Virus record (IMG/VR): IMGVR_UViG_3300046517_000572
Length of the DNA: 64,000 bases
Source: an uncultured virus (IMG/VR IMGVR_UViG_3300046517_000572)
Taxonomy: Duplodnaviria; Heunggongvirae; Uroviricota; Caudoviricetes
Direction: 5' to 3' (one strand)
Numbering within the stretch: position 1 is the stretch's first letter; each line of letters opens with the position of its first letter. The position numbers and the translations under genes were made by a program. Positions 1 to 9,113 of this stretch are shown piece by piece. The notes under the pieces were generated by a model that saw nothing but the letters and a program-made list of their open reading frames with translations, searched no databases and was not told the DNA's origin.

Positions 1-55
1 TGGTGCGTATCCAGGCGACGCTGACGGGGTTGCTGAACGAACTGCGCGAGCGGGA

Positions 56-259
56 TTAGCTGTCGCGCATCCGGCGACGCTTCGCCACTTCCCACTCCAT
101 TTTGGCAAACTCGGCGCCGATGAACATCGCGTCGTCGTCGGTCATGTCATCGAGCGTGATGTGACGCCCTTCGCTGGTGACGACGTGGTCGGTTCCCGGC
201 AGGATGTGCTTGCGAAAATGCGCGATGTATTCGCGCGCGGCGGCAGCTTCTTCGTCCAT
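56..259 (-). CDS. Hypothetical protein
   Basis: 67-aa ORF in the co-oriented minus-strand run, 4 nt after the upstream stop. Confidence 0.55.
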   Translation of the reverse strand: MDEEAAAAREYIAHFRKHILPGTDHVVTSEGRHITLDDMTDDDAMFIGAEFAKMEWEVAKRRRMRDS

Positions 260-263
260 CAGT

Positions 264-770
264 TCAGCCTGATCGCTTGCGCCGCGTGCGCGGCTTGAAC
301 TGCGCCGTCAGGCTGATCTCGCGCAGCATCTTGAGGTAGGCGTCGCGCGAGGCGATCTCGCGCTTATAGACCGCGATATGGGTGCCGTATTGCCCGGTGG
401 CGCCGCCGCTCTCGATTACTGCAAGGTCGTCCTTGGCGCGGCAGTAGGCGACCTCCAGTCCGTCGAGGTAGGGGTCTTCGACGTGCAGCGTCTTGCGCCA
501 GTGCGCGATATCGGCGTCGGCCTCGGCGCGGTCTTGCGCTGCCATCTGCTTGACCTCGGCGGCGACCGATCCCAGCGCACGGTGGGCGCGCAGCATGGCC
601 ACCGTGGTGCCCGCGAACTCGGCCGCCATCGCGTCGGCCCTGGCATACAGCGCGCGGCGCTTGCGTCCGTCCGGTTCGTGCTTGATCTGGCGCACCAAGC
701 GGCTGAACTCGACACGCTTGCGGCGCCGGTCTTCCGGCTCGTCGAATTGCTGCGGCGCCGGGCGCGTCAT
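264..770 (-). CDS. Hypothetical helical protein
   Basis: 168-aa ORF with protein-like composition, tightly packed in the operon. Confidence 0.6.
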   Translation of the reverse strand: MTRPAPQQFDEPEDRRRKRVEFSRLVRQIKHEPDGRKRRALYARADAMAAEFAGTTVAMLRAHRALGSVAAEVKQMAAQDRAEADADIAHWRKTLHVEDPYLDGLEVAYCRAKDDLAVIESGGATGQYGTHIAVYKREIASRDAYLKMLREISLTAQFKPRTRRKRSG

Positions 771-777
771 CCGATCA

Positions 778-1020
778 TCAGTAGCCTGCCGCTTGCGCTG
801 CCTTTTCGTTGCGATCCTCCGCGTCCCAGCACAGCTTGGCGCAACGCTCGCACAGTAGCGCGTTCATGTTGGGATGATGAAAATTGCCGGGCAACACCAT
901 CGCGGTGTGAAAGGCTTCCAGCGGCTTGTGACAGTGCCCGCAGTCAAAGATGTCTTGCGGCAGGAATCGCGTGCGGCTGGCATCATATTCAGTCGGTTCG
1001 ATGTTCAGATCGGTGGTCAT
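778..1020 (-). CDS. Small Zn-finger protein
   Basis: CGHC...CERC; ATGA overlap with the upstream gene; GGAG RBS. Confidence 0.65.
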   Translation of the reverse strand: MTTDLNIEPTEYDASRTRFLPQDIFDCGHCHKPLEAFHTAMVLPGNFHHPNMNALLCERCAKLCWDAEDRNEKAAQAAGY

Positions 1021-1637
1021 GGCAGGCGTCTCCCTCGGGCCAGATCGTCCTCGATCTCAGCGTCATAGTATTCCGACAGCCGGTCAAGGATCGTCATCAG
1101 GCGGCGCTTTTCGTGCTTGCTGGTGGCCAGCCCGCCACCGCCCTGCACCCACTGACGCAAGGTGACATTGCGCAGCACAATGGCATCGAGCATGCGCAAC
1201 TGTATGGCGTCGAACAGCAGCACCACGCGGCGCACCGAGCGCAGCGCGCGCATCTGCTTGGCGTCGCTGGCGCTCAGACCCCAGCGCGGCTGGGTGGACT
1301 GGGTGACGAAGATCAGCGGGCGCACGCCGGAATAGCCCAGCGTGATGATGTCCACCTGTTCGCGCAGCATATCGGCGGCGTGGATGTGCTGGGCGCCGAT
1401 GCCCGAGTTCGGGTGGCCCGCCATCTTGCGCAGCGGACAGTATGTTCGCCACCCGGCGATCGTGCGCGGCGTGCGGCGCGCGCCGGGCGTGATGTCGTCG
1501 GGATCGCGCCATTCGGTCGGCATCAGCGCGGCCCGCGTGCCGGGGCGCTGCACGAGGCGCGAGGCGGGAGGCGCGTCGAGGTTGGCAACAGCGGCGCCAG
1601 CGGCAGCCACGAGGCGGAGGCGCCGCTTGGGCGGCAC
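1017..1637 (-). CDS. DUF6456-like / Q-like late transcription regulator
   Basis: HIHAADMLREQ motif and C-terminal helical HTH-like end (ILDRLSEYY); sits at the end of the early arm, where alphaproteobacterial phages carry such genes. Confidence 0.55.
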   Translation of the reverse strand: MPPKRRLRLVAAAGAAVANLDAPPASRLVQRPGTRAALMPTEWRDPDDITPGARRTPRTIAGWRTYCPLRKMAGHPNSGIGAQHIHAADMLREQVDIITLGYSGVRPLIFVTQSTQPRWGLSASDAKQMRALRSVRRVVLLFDAIQLRMLDAIVLRNVTLRQWVQGGGGLATSKHEKRRLMTILDRLSEYYDAEIEDDLARGRRLP

Positions 1638-1856
1638 AGTCAGGCGTCCCTAGGCGTGGGCGCCGTGCAGCGGGCTGTGGCGGGCAGGGCGGAGGCGTCC
1701 AGGGCGCGTCCTCCGAAGGGGTTGGCGGCGGGGTGATTGGACCCCGCCGCCTGCACACAAAACCAGCGCGCAGTCGGGAAACCGCTTGACGCGGAAACGA
1801 CCGCGACTGGAGTTGTGCCGCCAACATAGGGCGCGCGGCGCGCCGGGGCAATGATT

Positions 1857-2069
1857 TCAGTTGGCGCGGCGCGGCTCGCCGTAGACCGCGCCGCGCCGGG
1901 CGCGGTCCTCGCAGTCGTGGCATAGCTCCTGTCCCCGGTTGTCGGTGGCATACCAGAACTCGCAGTGCGGGCATTGCTTCTTCACCATGCCGGGCAGCGG
2001 CTCCCACGGTTCGGCGTTGACCGCGCGGGCGCGGTTGATCTTGGGGTTGCCGCCGCCGCGCCGGGTCAT
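1857..2069 (-). CDS. Zn-ribbon protein
   Basis: CPHC...CHDC; ATG at 2069 overlaps the upstream stop (ATGA). Confidence 0.6.
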   Translation of the reverse strand: MTRRGGGNPKINRARAVNAEPWEPLPGMVKKQCPHCEFWYATDNRGQELCHDCEDRARRGAVYGEPRRAN

Positions 2070-2689
2070 TGCGTCAGCCTGATCAGCGTCATACTGCGTC
2101 GCGTGCCGTCCGTCGCCCATTCGGACGGGTGGGCGCCGTCAGCCTCGATCTCGGCATCCACCGCTGCGATGCGGCGCTGCTTTTCCTCGCGTGTGACCGG
2201 GGCACCGTCCGCGTCCAGGCAGATCGAATGGAGGTGGACCGGCCTGCCCTCGGCGTCGAAGCTGGCCGTGAGCAGTGCGTTCATCACCCCCTTGACCATC
2301 CCGGTTCCACCGATTCTAATCGGCTGGTCAATCTCGCTGTCGGGGATCGATCTCACCCGGCCATAGACCAGACGCAGCGTGCCATCCTCATTGTCGAACG
2401 CCGTGACCACCTGGGCGGCGATATGATCGACCGCGATCGACAGGATGCCAGCCTCGCGGACCACCGTGCGCAGTTCGCTCGCGGTCTGTTTGGTCACCAG
2501 TCCCAGCGCGGTAAAATACTTCTCGCCGCCCGCCTCGGACAGATCGTTGTCATCCACCGGGAACAGCAGAAAGCGGGTGCCGTCAGCAGTATTCCAACGA
2601 CGCGGTTTGCTCGCCAGAACCACGATCCTACCGCCGCGCAGCGCGCCACCGGCTTTCCAAATCTGACTGACTAGATCAACGATCTTCAT
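2066..2689 (-). CDS. Hypothetical protein, paralogue B of a tandem pair
   Basis: 207 aa; aligns by eye with 2686-3324 (GGALRGGRI / GGELRGGEI; VHLHSIC / VHVHFIC; EKQRRIAA / EKARRIAA). Confidence 0.75.
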   Translation of the reverse strand: MKIVDLVSQIWKAGGALRGGRIVVLASKPRRWNTADGTRFLLFPVDDNDLSEAGGEKYFTALGLVTKQTASELRTVVREAGILSIAVDHIAAQVVTAFDNEDGTLRLVYGRVRSIPDSEIDQPIRIGGTGMVKGVMNALLTASFDAEGRPVHLHSICLDADGAPVTREEKQRRIAAVDAEIEADGAHPSEWATDGTRRSMTLIRLTQ

Positions 2690-3324
2690 GGCAGCCGCGT
2701 CAGGCTGAACATCCGTTGGTTGCCGTCGCGCGCGCTGATCGCTGCCGGGTCAGTCGGCTGCGCCATCAGGGCAGCGATCCGGCGCGCCTTCTCGGTGGCG
2801 GTCGTGAACGTCTCGTCTTCATTTCGACAAATGAAGTGAACATGGACAACATTTCCAGCGGCGTCGTAACTGTAGTTCGCCCAGGCATTGGTGGGCGCAG
2901 CGATCCACTTAACGCGCCGCTCATGCTCCTTGATGCGCTCCTCCGCGTCGTCACCATCCACCGCGCGCAGTGTCAGGGTGCCGAACACCGGGCACACGAA
3001 CAGGGTGCCGCTTTTGTCCATCAGCAGATCGACCGGTTTGCCGATCCGCTCCACCGCCACCGATATCAGAGCGTTCTCGTCGCCCACGGGGTGAGGAAAA
3101 TTGAAGATCGGTTTTAGTTCCCGCATGCGCTGATGCGTGGCCACCGCCAGCATGGTGCGATCCTCGGGGGCATCGTAATTGTCGCTGATCGTGAAGAACA
3201 CATACCGCCGTCCGTCAGGATACCGTGCGTGACGGTGAACGTCGCCCAGGAAATTGATCTCGCCGCCGCGCAGTTCACCGCCGAGACGCGCCACCTCAGT
3301 GCCCAGGTCGATGAACCTCCTCAT
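2686..3324 (-). CDS. Hypothetical protein, paralogue A of a tandem pair
   Basis: Start reassigned to ATG 3324 (ATGA overlap, GAGG RBS); MRRFIDLG... Confidence 0.75.
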   Translation of the reverse strand: MRRFIDLGTEVARLGGELRGGEINFLGDVHRHARYPDGRRYVFFTISDNYDAPEDRTMLAVATHQRMRELKPIFNFPHPVGDENALISVAVERIGKPVDLLMDKSGTLFVCPVFGTLTLRAVDGDDAEERIKEHERRVKWIAAPTNAWANYSYDAAGNVVHVHFICRNEDETFTTATEKARRIAALMAQPTDPAAISARDGNQRMFSLTRLP

Positions 3325-3515
3325 CTCAGCACCTCGATCCGGCGCCTGATCTCGTCGTCGCCCAGCGCCAGCCATGCCTTGTCGTGGAACGCGTGCATGG
3401 CGAATGCCGCGCGGGCGTGGTCGAGGTCGTCCGTCTGATCGCGGCAGCTTGGCCACAGGACGGCGAGGTCGATCGCCCGCTGGCGGGCGTGCCACCAGTT
3501 CATCAGCCAGCGCAT
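3321..3515 (-). CDS. Hypothetical phage protein
   Basis: MRWLMNWW...; TGATG coupling to the upstream ORF. Confidence 0.6.
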   Translation of the reverse strand: MRWLMNWWHARQRAIDLAVLWPSCRDQTDDLDHARAAFAMHAFHDKAWLALGDDEIRRRIEVLR

Positions 3516-3733
3516 CAGTCTAATATCCGTTCGGCGGCAGTAAGAATGATGCAGGCCGTTTCGAGGTATTCTTTGGCGATCTCCGGATGATGCTGCGTGA
3601 TCGCGTGCCACGACCAGTCGCGCTTATCAGGATGCTCGCAGTTGCAACGCAAGTTCCACAGTTGCTCTGCTGCTCCCGCCGCGCGCGGAAAAGGACTGCC
3701 GCGCCTGCGCCCGGTGGTCTGGTTATCGCTCAT
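3515..3733 (-). CDS. Hypothetical protein
   Basis: 72 aa, coupled at both ends, GGAG RBS. Confidence 0.55.
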   Translation of the reverse strand: MSDNQTTGRRRGSPFPRAAGAAEQLWNLRCNCEHPDKRDWSWHAITQHHPEIAKEYLETACIILTAAERILD

Positions 3734-4011
3734 GTCTCCCCCGCCAGATGCGACAGGATGCGCTCGCGCGCCAGCTTACACTCCAGCGCGATGGCGCGGT
3801 ATTTCGGAATGCGGACGCCGTTCGCGCGCAGCGGACCTTCCAGCACCGCGAGGCGGCGAATCAACTCGAAATGCTCCGCCAGCATGGTCAGCAATTCGGT
3901 GTCGGTCAGATCACCCCAACGGATCGGACAGTGCAGTTCGGTCGGCGCGGGCTGGCGTTGCAGGTCGTCCAGCATCTTGCCCACCGGGCCGGGCGGGCTA
4001 TCGCCACTCAT
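3730..4011 (-). CDS. Hypothetical protein
   Basis: ATG 4011 with GGAGG RBS and ATGA overlap. Confidence 0.55.
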   Translation of the reverse strand: MSGDSPPGPVGKMLDDLQRQPAPTELHCPIRWGDLTDTELLTMLAEHFELIRRLAVLEGPLRANGVRIPKYRAIALECKLARERILSHLAGET

Positions 4012-4190
4012 GCTGGCCTCCACTGCTTCAGCGCCTCCACCAGCACATCGCGCTCCGCCACCGTCAGCGCGTGCCACGGCGGCGTCACGAGGCGTTCGTG
4101 ACCGGTCTCCCAGACGGCGAGATCGGACAGGTCAGCGATCAGCTTCCGGCGCAGAATGTCGAACACGACGGCGGGCAGATTATCGCTCAT
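4008..4190 (-). CDS. Hypothetical protein
   Basis: 60 aa, ATGA-coupled. Confidence 0.5.
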   Translation of the reverse strand: MSDNLPAVVFDILRRKLIADLSDLAVWETGHERLVTPPWHALTVAERDVLVEALKQWRPA

Positions 4191-4271
4191 GTCAGCGCGC
4201 CCATTGCCCAGGACGCCACCGCGAGCGTGGCCCAGAACGCCGCGATGGCAAACCAGATCAGCGCGGTGCGG

Positions 4272-4451
4272 TTAATCACCGGCCCGCGCCATGCCGGGTG
4301 GGATGGGCACGAAGCACATGGCGACCGTGCTTTCTTCCTCGCGCCACACTTCGGTGCGATACAGCCAACCACCGGGAACGCGGATGCGATCCAGGCGGTC
4401 GATCGCATCATGCACCACACAGACCGGCTCCCAGGCTGGTTGATCGCTCAT
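4272..4451 (-). CDS. Small phage protein (RxxVPGGWLY family)
   Basis: TAATG coupling to the helicase stop; RIRVPGGWLYR...MCFVP motif common in small phage proteins. Confidence 0.6.
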   Translation of the reverse strand: MSDQPAWEPVCVVHDAIDRLDRIRVPGGWLYRTEVWREEESTVAMCFVPIPPGMARAGD

Positions 4452-5830
4452 TAGGCCGCGTCCTCCATCGCCGCACCATGCCCGAAGCGGATCGCCTGAT
4501 CCTGCATGAAGTGCCACGCCCAGCCGGGTTTATACCCGTGCGCCTTACCATACGCGCGGACCTGGGCTTCCGAGCGGCGGACCTTCTTGAACGCGCCATA
4601 GCCCATCCGCGCCCAGCGTGCCTGTTCGGCTGCCACCTTCTCGCGCAGCGCCAATTCGCCCGCGATGTATTCGATCTCGCGCGGCGTGCCCATGCCGATG
4701 GTCGCGGGGTTGGGCAGCGCCTTGGGCTTCGGGTGACGGATCGCGCCGTCCAGCGTCCACTCGATCACCTCGTCAATGTCGCCGTGGCGATCGACGTTCC
4801 CGGTATGGTCCAGCACGATCAGCGCGGACCCGTCAGCCTTGGGGCGCATGCCCCGGCCGATCTGCTGACGCGCCATACCCAGGCTTGCGGTGGGGCGTAG
4901 CAGGATCGCGCAGCCGATCGAGGGGATGTCTAGCCCCTCGCTGATCAGGTCGCAGGCGGTCACCACGTCGATCCCATCGGTGCCCAGCTTCGCCAGCGTC
5001 GCGTCGCGCTCGATCTTGGGCGTGCCGCCGTGGACGCACTGGCTGCGGAACCCGGCGTCGCGGAATGCCTGGGCCACCGCCTCGGCATGCTCGATGGTGA
5101 CGCAGAACGCCACGGCTGGCTTGCCCAGCGCCCGCTTGCGATACTCCGCCACCGCGTCGCCGGTCACCACCAGCGCCCGCTTGGCCAGTTCGTCACCGCC
5201 TGCCCAGTCGCCCGCCACCTTCTTCAGGCCCGTGGTGTCGATCTTGCTGCCGTCATACACCAGGACCGGCGCGAGGTAGCCCAGCGTGGTTAGCTCCGTC
5301 ACGCTGGGGCCGCACACGATGGCGTCGAAGAACCCGCCGCAGTGACTGCCCAGGCCCTTGCCGTCCAGCCTGACCGGTGTCGCGGAGACGCCCAGTATCT
5401 TGGCCTTGGGCTGGCTGTGCAGGAATTTGGCCCAGGTCGCCGCCACCGCATGATGGCATTCGTCCAGCACGATCAGGTCGAACTGTGGCAGGGTGTCCAG
5501 CCGGTTGATGATGCTCTGGATGGAACAAACCTGGACCGGCGCCGCATGGTCGCGGTCGAGGCCCGCCGCCTGAATCCCGTGCGTCACGTCACACCACGTC
5601 AGTTTATGGCTTGCCTGGGTGATCAATTCACGCCGATGGCAGACCACCGCGACCTTGCGCCCCTTGGCAACAGCGGACGATATCACCTTGGAAAACACCA
5701 CTGTTTTCCCGCCACCCGTTGCGAGTTGGTATATAATTGCCCGTTTGCCCGTTGCGTATTCGCCACGAAGACGCTCGATGTCGGTGACTTGGTAGGGCCG
5801 AAGTGTCAGGCTATTCAATTCAGTAGACAT
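4451..5830 (-). CDS. Superfamily 2 DEAD/DEAH-box helicase
   Basis: LRPYQ, ATGGGKT, DECHH, SATP, SEGLDIP, QQIGRGMR; C-terminal GYKPGWAWH; GGAG RBS before ATG 5830. Confidence 0.95.
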   Translation of the reverse strand: MSTELNSLTLRPYQVTDIERLRGEYATGKRAIIYQLATGGGKTVVFSKVISSAVAKGRKVAVVCHRRELITQASHKLTWCDVTHGIQAAGLDRDHAAPVQVCSIQSIINRLDTLPQFDLIVLDECHHAVAATWAKFLHSQPKAKILGVSATPVRLDGKGLGSHCGGFFDAIVCGPSVTELTTLGYLAPVLVYDGSKIDTTGLKKVAGDWAGGDELAKRALVVTGDAVAEYRKRALGKPAVAFCVTIEHAEAVAQAFRDAGFRSQCVHGGTPKIERDATLAKLGTDGIDVVTACDLISEGLDIPSIGCAILLRPTASLGMARQQIGRGMRPKADGSALIVLDHTGNVDRHGDIDEVIEWTLDGAIRHPKPKALPNPATIGMGTPREIEYIAGELALREKVAAEQARWARMGYGAFKKVRRSEAQVRAYGKAHGYKPGWAWHFMQDQAIRFGHGAAMEDAA

Positions 5831-5863
5831 GGTAAACTCCAAGGTTTTGTGTGCAGTTCGGTT

Positions 5864-5891
5864 AGTATCACACTCTCCTGGATATTGTCAA
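5864..5891 (-). promoter_or_regulatory. Sigma70-type promoter for the helicase operon
   Basis: TTGACA-N16-GATACT with a TG extension, in an AT-rich tract. Confidence 0.65.
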
Positions 5892-5922
5892 AATTTACCA
5901 TCGACCTTAGCAAAAATAATTA

Positions 5923-6150
5923 TCACCCCCGAAATAGCGTAACGTCCACCAGATCGAAATGATCCCGCGATAGTTTATTTTCCCCGGATTGCTTAAAACT
6001 GGCTGCGCACTTTTGCGCAGCGCGCATCTCCCGCTGTCGCGCCGCGTGGCAGATCAGGCAGCGGGTCCAGGTCTTGCCTGTCCTGCTGTGGCGCACCAGC
6101 GTCGCGTTGCGGGCGTGCAGCCGGTGGCCAGCGCGACAGACCGGCGTCAC
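5923..6150 (-). CDS. Zn-binding protein (CxxGH...CxxC, HNH-associated type)
   Basis: VCRAGHRL...TRCLICH; GTGA overlap with the upstream stop. Confidence 0.55.
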   Translation of the reverse strand: MTPVCRAGHRLHARNATLVRHSRTGKTWTRCLICHAARQREMRAAQKCAASFKQSGENKLSRDHFDLVDVTLFRG

Positions 6151-6371
6151 ACCAGCGTGCCCTGGCCCAGCACCGGCTGGCGCCGCGCGGACACCCCCTT
6201 GGGGCGCCGGGGGAGCGGGCTGTAGAGGCTGGGCACCCACTCGGCGTCCAGCTTTGCCCGGTGATACCGGCAGGCCCACACGGTCTTCCGGGGCGGCAGG
6301 CCGAAGCCAAAGCTGGCGCGGGCGCCGCAGAGCATGCAGCGGTTGTCGAGGTTGGCGATCACGCGGGCCAT
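6147..6371 (-). CDS. Small Zn-finger protein
   Basis: CMLCGARASFG...WACRYH. Confidence 0.6.
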   Translation of the reverse strand: MARVIANLDNRCMLCGARASFGFGLPPRKTVWACRYHRAKLDAEWVPSLYSPLPRRPKGVSARRQPVLGQGTLV

Positions 6372-6390
6372 CAGGCCACAACCCCCGGTT

Positions 6391-6517
6391 GGTAGGTGGG
6401 CAAGGTGGGCGAAGTGGGCACTTTCCCCCAGGCTACCTGAATTACATCTGTTCGATATAGCATCGACCAATTCTCCCGCGTCGGAGGAGAGTGCCCACCT
6501 TGCCCACCTGCCCACCT
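6391..6517. repeat. Inverted iteron array, putative replication origin
   Basis: GTGGGC at 6396, 6405, 6414 facing GCCCAC at 6493, 6502, 6510; lies directly downstream of the primase-helicase; AT-rich flank. Confidence 0.7.
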
Positions 6518-6539
6518 CGCTTGCATTTTGATAGTTACA

Positions 6540-9113
6540 TCAGACAATTAGTGATATTTTCCAACGTATTGTCCCACCTGTATGACCGTCTTCCTTAACA
6601 AATCGCATACCATCGATGATCCTGCCGCCGAATTTTCGCAGCCAGTTGCCCATTTTCGTGGTGTCCACCTCGATCCCGCCCCGCGCCGGGAAATGCTCCT
6701 TCATGGTGTCGCGAAACTCTGGCTGGGCGTCGCGCACCGCATCCGCGAGCGTTTTGGGCTGGAGCGTGAAGCTGAAATACCAGCCCGAGATGATGGCTCT
6801 TAAACGTATGGTTGCAGGATCATCGTGTTCGGTCTCCTCCATCGTCTCCGCCGGATCGGCCTCGCCAAGCCACACCAGCGGCTCGCGAACGAAGTGCGAC
6901 CACGCGCCATACGATCCCAACGGGAACAAATCAGGCTTGTCGCCGCCGGTATGATACGCACGGGCGATAGTAAGCACGTCAGCGATATACTCACCGCGCT
7001 TGTCTCGCGCGGTGTAGATCGGATCGCCGTCGAAGTGCCGTCGTTCGGGACGCTCCACGCCAGCGTCCAGTTCGCAGCGCAGCGTGCGGCGTCCCTGTTC
7101 ATCGACCACGGCGAGGTTGTTGCCGGTCATGTAGACCACCACCGAGTTCTCCACCTCGACCTTCTCCAGGGCGCCGAACACCCGGATCGAGATCATTGGG
7201 CGCTCAGTCGCCTGATTGAGCGTGTCGAGGTCGAGGTCGCGATGGACGTTGTCGATCGAGAAGCCCGGCACGCCTGCCAGCAACATCGTGTTGATGCGTT
7301 TCTCGGCCTCCTCGTCGTTCTTGCCGGTGCCCATGATCGGGCACAGCCGCCCGATCGCCACCATGCTGCACAGATCGACCAGATGGCTCTTGCCGGTGCC
7401 CGGCGCCCTGGCAGACACCGCCAGCATCGGTGACACCGGCATGGCGCAGCGCAGCACCTGGGTCATCAGCATGGCCAGCCCGACGCTGCGGGACGCCTTG
7501 CTGTTGAACGGGTAGCTTGAGATCAGGTCTTTCAATCGACCGAGTGCCGCAGCCGCGTCGGCCTTGGTCGGCGCGGACGCGATATCGGGCACCGTCAGCC
7601 CGTCAGGGAACATCAGGTAATAGCGGCTGATCGGATCATAGCCGGGGTCACGCAGGATCGAGCCGTCCGGTCGCAGTGTCGGGCATGTCAGCACGCCGCG
7701 CACCACCGGGAATGGCCAACCGCTGCGGTTGTGCAGCACGATCTGCACCAGCCGGTCAGGCGGATCGATCGCCCGCCAGCCACCGGCCCCGCCGTTGACG
7801 CGCATGTCCCATTTCTCGAATCGCGCCGCTTCGGTGAACAGCTTGATCAGTGCGGGCGCGGAGAGCGGCACCAGTGCCGCGCTATGCGTCATGCTGCCAT
7901 CGGCCGCCGTGTATTGTTGCTCGATCGGCTGCACCAGCATGCCGCGCTGGTAGATCGCCACACCACTGCCGACCAAGGCTTCCTGCACCTCGCGGATCAT
8001 CCTGGGCAGTTCGCCTGCCCGGCACTCGATGGTTGGCAACGGTGGCGCGTCACCCGGCCCGTCCGCGTCACCGACCGGCGGCACGTCGGGTGGATCAGGG
8101 GGTTCGGGTGGCTCTGGCAGGCCAACCGGTGGCGGTATCGGATCACCGACCGGCGGCACGTCGGGCGCGTAGGCGCCATTGCTCTTGCCGCGCGCCTTGA
8201 ACTCGGGGCGGTCAGCCAGATCGAGCGGCTTCGCCGCACCCGCCTCGACCGCCGCCGTCGCGGTCTTGCGCGCGGCTTCCCAGTCCTCGGCACCGGGCAA
8301 CGCCGCCACGCACGCCTCGACCGCCTGCTGCACGCTCCAGGTCGTCAGGTGCAGATAGCCGCCGATGGTGAACGCGGTGTCGCGCAAGGTGAAATACTTG
8401 GTGCCGTCAACCGCGTTGCGGATGTTGTTGAGGAGCGACTGGATCAGCCCGTTGATCCGCTTGTCGGTGATCTCGGCGGGCGGCGTCGCCGGGCCGTGGT
8501 GCGCGCCATTGGGTTTGGGCTTCTCGGGCTTGCGGATGGCGAACATATCGAGTTCGCTGATCAGATCGATCGGCGTGCCCTCGATCGATTCCGCCCGATG
8601 CGAGGGGTTCTGGTTGACGCTGCCGTAATAGTAGCTCTGGCTGCGGGTCCAGCTTTCGTTGGCGAAGATACCGCCGAACAGCCCGTTGAGCCGGGCTAAA
8701 AACCGATCCCGCTCGTCGGGGGTGTATTCCTGCGACAGCGGGCACAGCACCCGCCAACGCGGCGCGTCCTCGCTGTGCGACGGACTGGTGTAGACGATAC
8801 CGAGAACGCCAGCCGCCCCCAGCCGCGTCACCGCCTCATCGACGCTCATCATCTCGTCGTCGTAATCCGCCTCGATGCCCGAGATCGACAGCATGTTGCC
8901 GTCGTGCCGCAGGCTGCCCTTGGTCGTTCTGATCTCCCCGAAGCGGGCCATCTTGAGCCACGGCAACACCCCCTTGGCGCTGCCGGTCGTGATCCTGATG
9001 CGGCGCACCAGATCATCCAGATCGACCAGTATCTCGGTCTTGGCGGCGGCGGCGTAGTCAGTGAAGAACGTCACCAGCCACGGCGCGCTGTCAGCCGGGT
9101 GTGCCCCGATCAT
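6540..9113 (-). CDS. AEP-type primase fused to a P-loop helicase/ATPase (replication initiator)
   Basis: N-terminal IEADYD, YTSPSH, PRWRVLCPL (AEP-like); Pro-rich linker; Walker A APGTGKS; IDNV; TGNN. Confidence 0.88.
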   Translation of the reverse strand: MIGAHPADSAPWLVTFFTDYAAAAKTEILVDLDDLVRRIRITTGSAKGVLPWLKMARFGEIRTTKGSLRHDGNMLSISGIEADYDDEMMSVDEAVTRLGAAGVLGIVYTSPSHSEDAPRWRVLCPLSQEYTPDERDRFLARLNGLFGGIFANESWTRSQSYYYGSVNQNPSHRAESIEGTPIDLISELDMFAIRKPEKPKPNGAHHGPATPPAEITDKRINGLIQSLLNNIRNAVDGTKYFTLRDTAFTIGGYLHLTTWSVQQAVEACVAALPGAEDWEAARKTATAAVEAGAAKPLDLADRPEFKARGKSNGAYAPDVPPVGDPIPPPVGLPEPPEPPDPPDVPPVGDADGPGDAPPLPTIECRAGELPRMIREVQEALVGSGVAIYQRGMLVQPIEQQYTAADGSMTHSAALVPLSAPALIKLFTEAARFEKWDMRVNGGAGGWRAIDPPDRLVQIVLHNRSGWPFPVVRGVLTCPTLRPDGSILRDPGYDPISRYYLMFPDGLTVPDIASAPTKADAAAALGRLKDLISSYPFNSKASRSVGLAMLMTQVLRCAMPVSPMLAVSARAPGTGKSHLVDLCSMVAIGRLCPIMGTGKNDEEAEKRINTMLLAGVPGFSIDNVHRDLDLDTLNQATERPMISIRVFGALEKVEVENSVVVYMTGNNLAVVDEQGRRTLRCELDAGVERPERRHFDGDPIYTARDKRGEYIADVLTIARAYHTGGDKPDLFPLGSYGAWSHFVREPLVWLGEADPAETMEETEHDDPATIRLRAIISGWYFSFTLQPKTLADAVRDAQPEFRDTMKEHFPARGGIEVDTTKMGNWLRKFGGRIIDGMRFVKEDGHTGGTIRWKISLIV

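Noticed and set aside
378..1736. Long plus-strand ORF (452 aa) and similar antisense ORFs (e.g. 3587-4900, 49802-50956, 54305-55552, 57346-58434)
   Set aside because: Shadow frames of high-GC genes: no RBS, Arg/Ala/Gly-biased composition, fully overlapping well-supported opposite-strand genes
1640..1951. 103-aa minus-strand ORF between the Zn-ribbon and DUF6456-like genes
   Set aside because: Low-complexity, no convincing start or motif; may be non-coding or a shorter peptide
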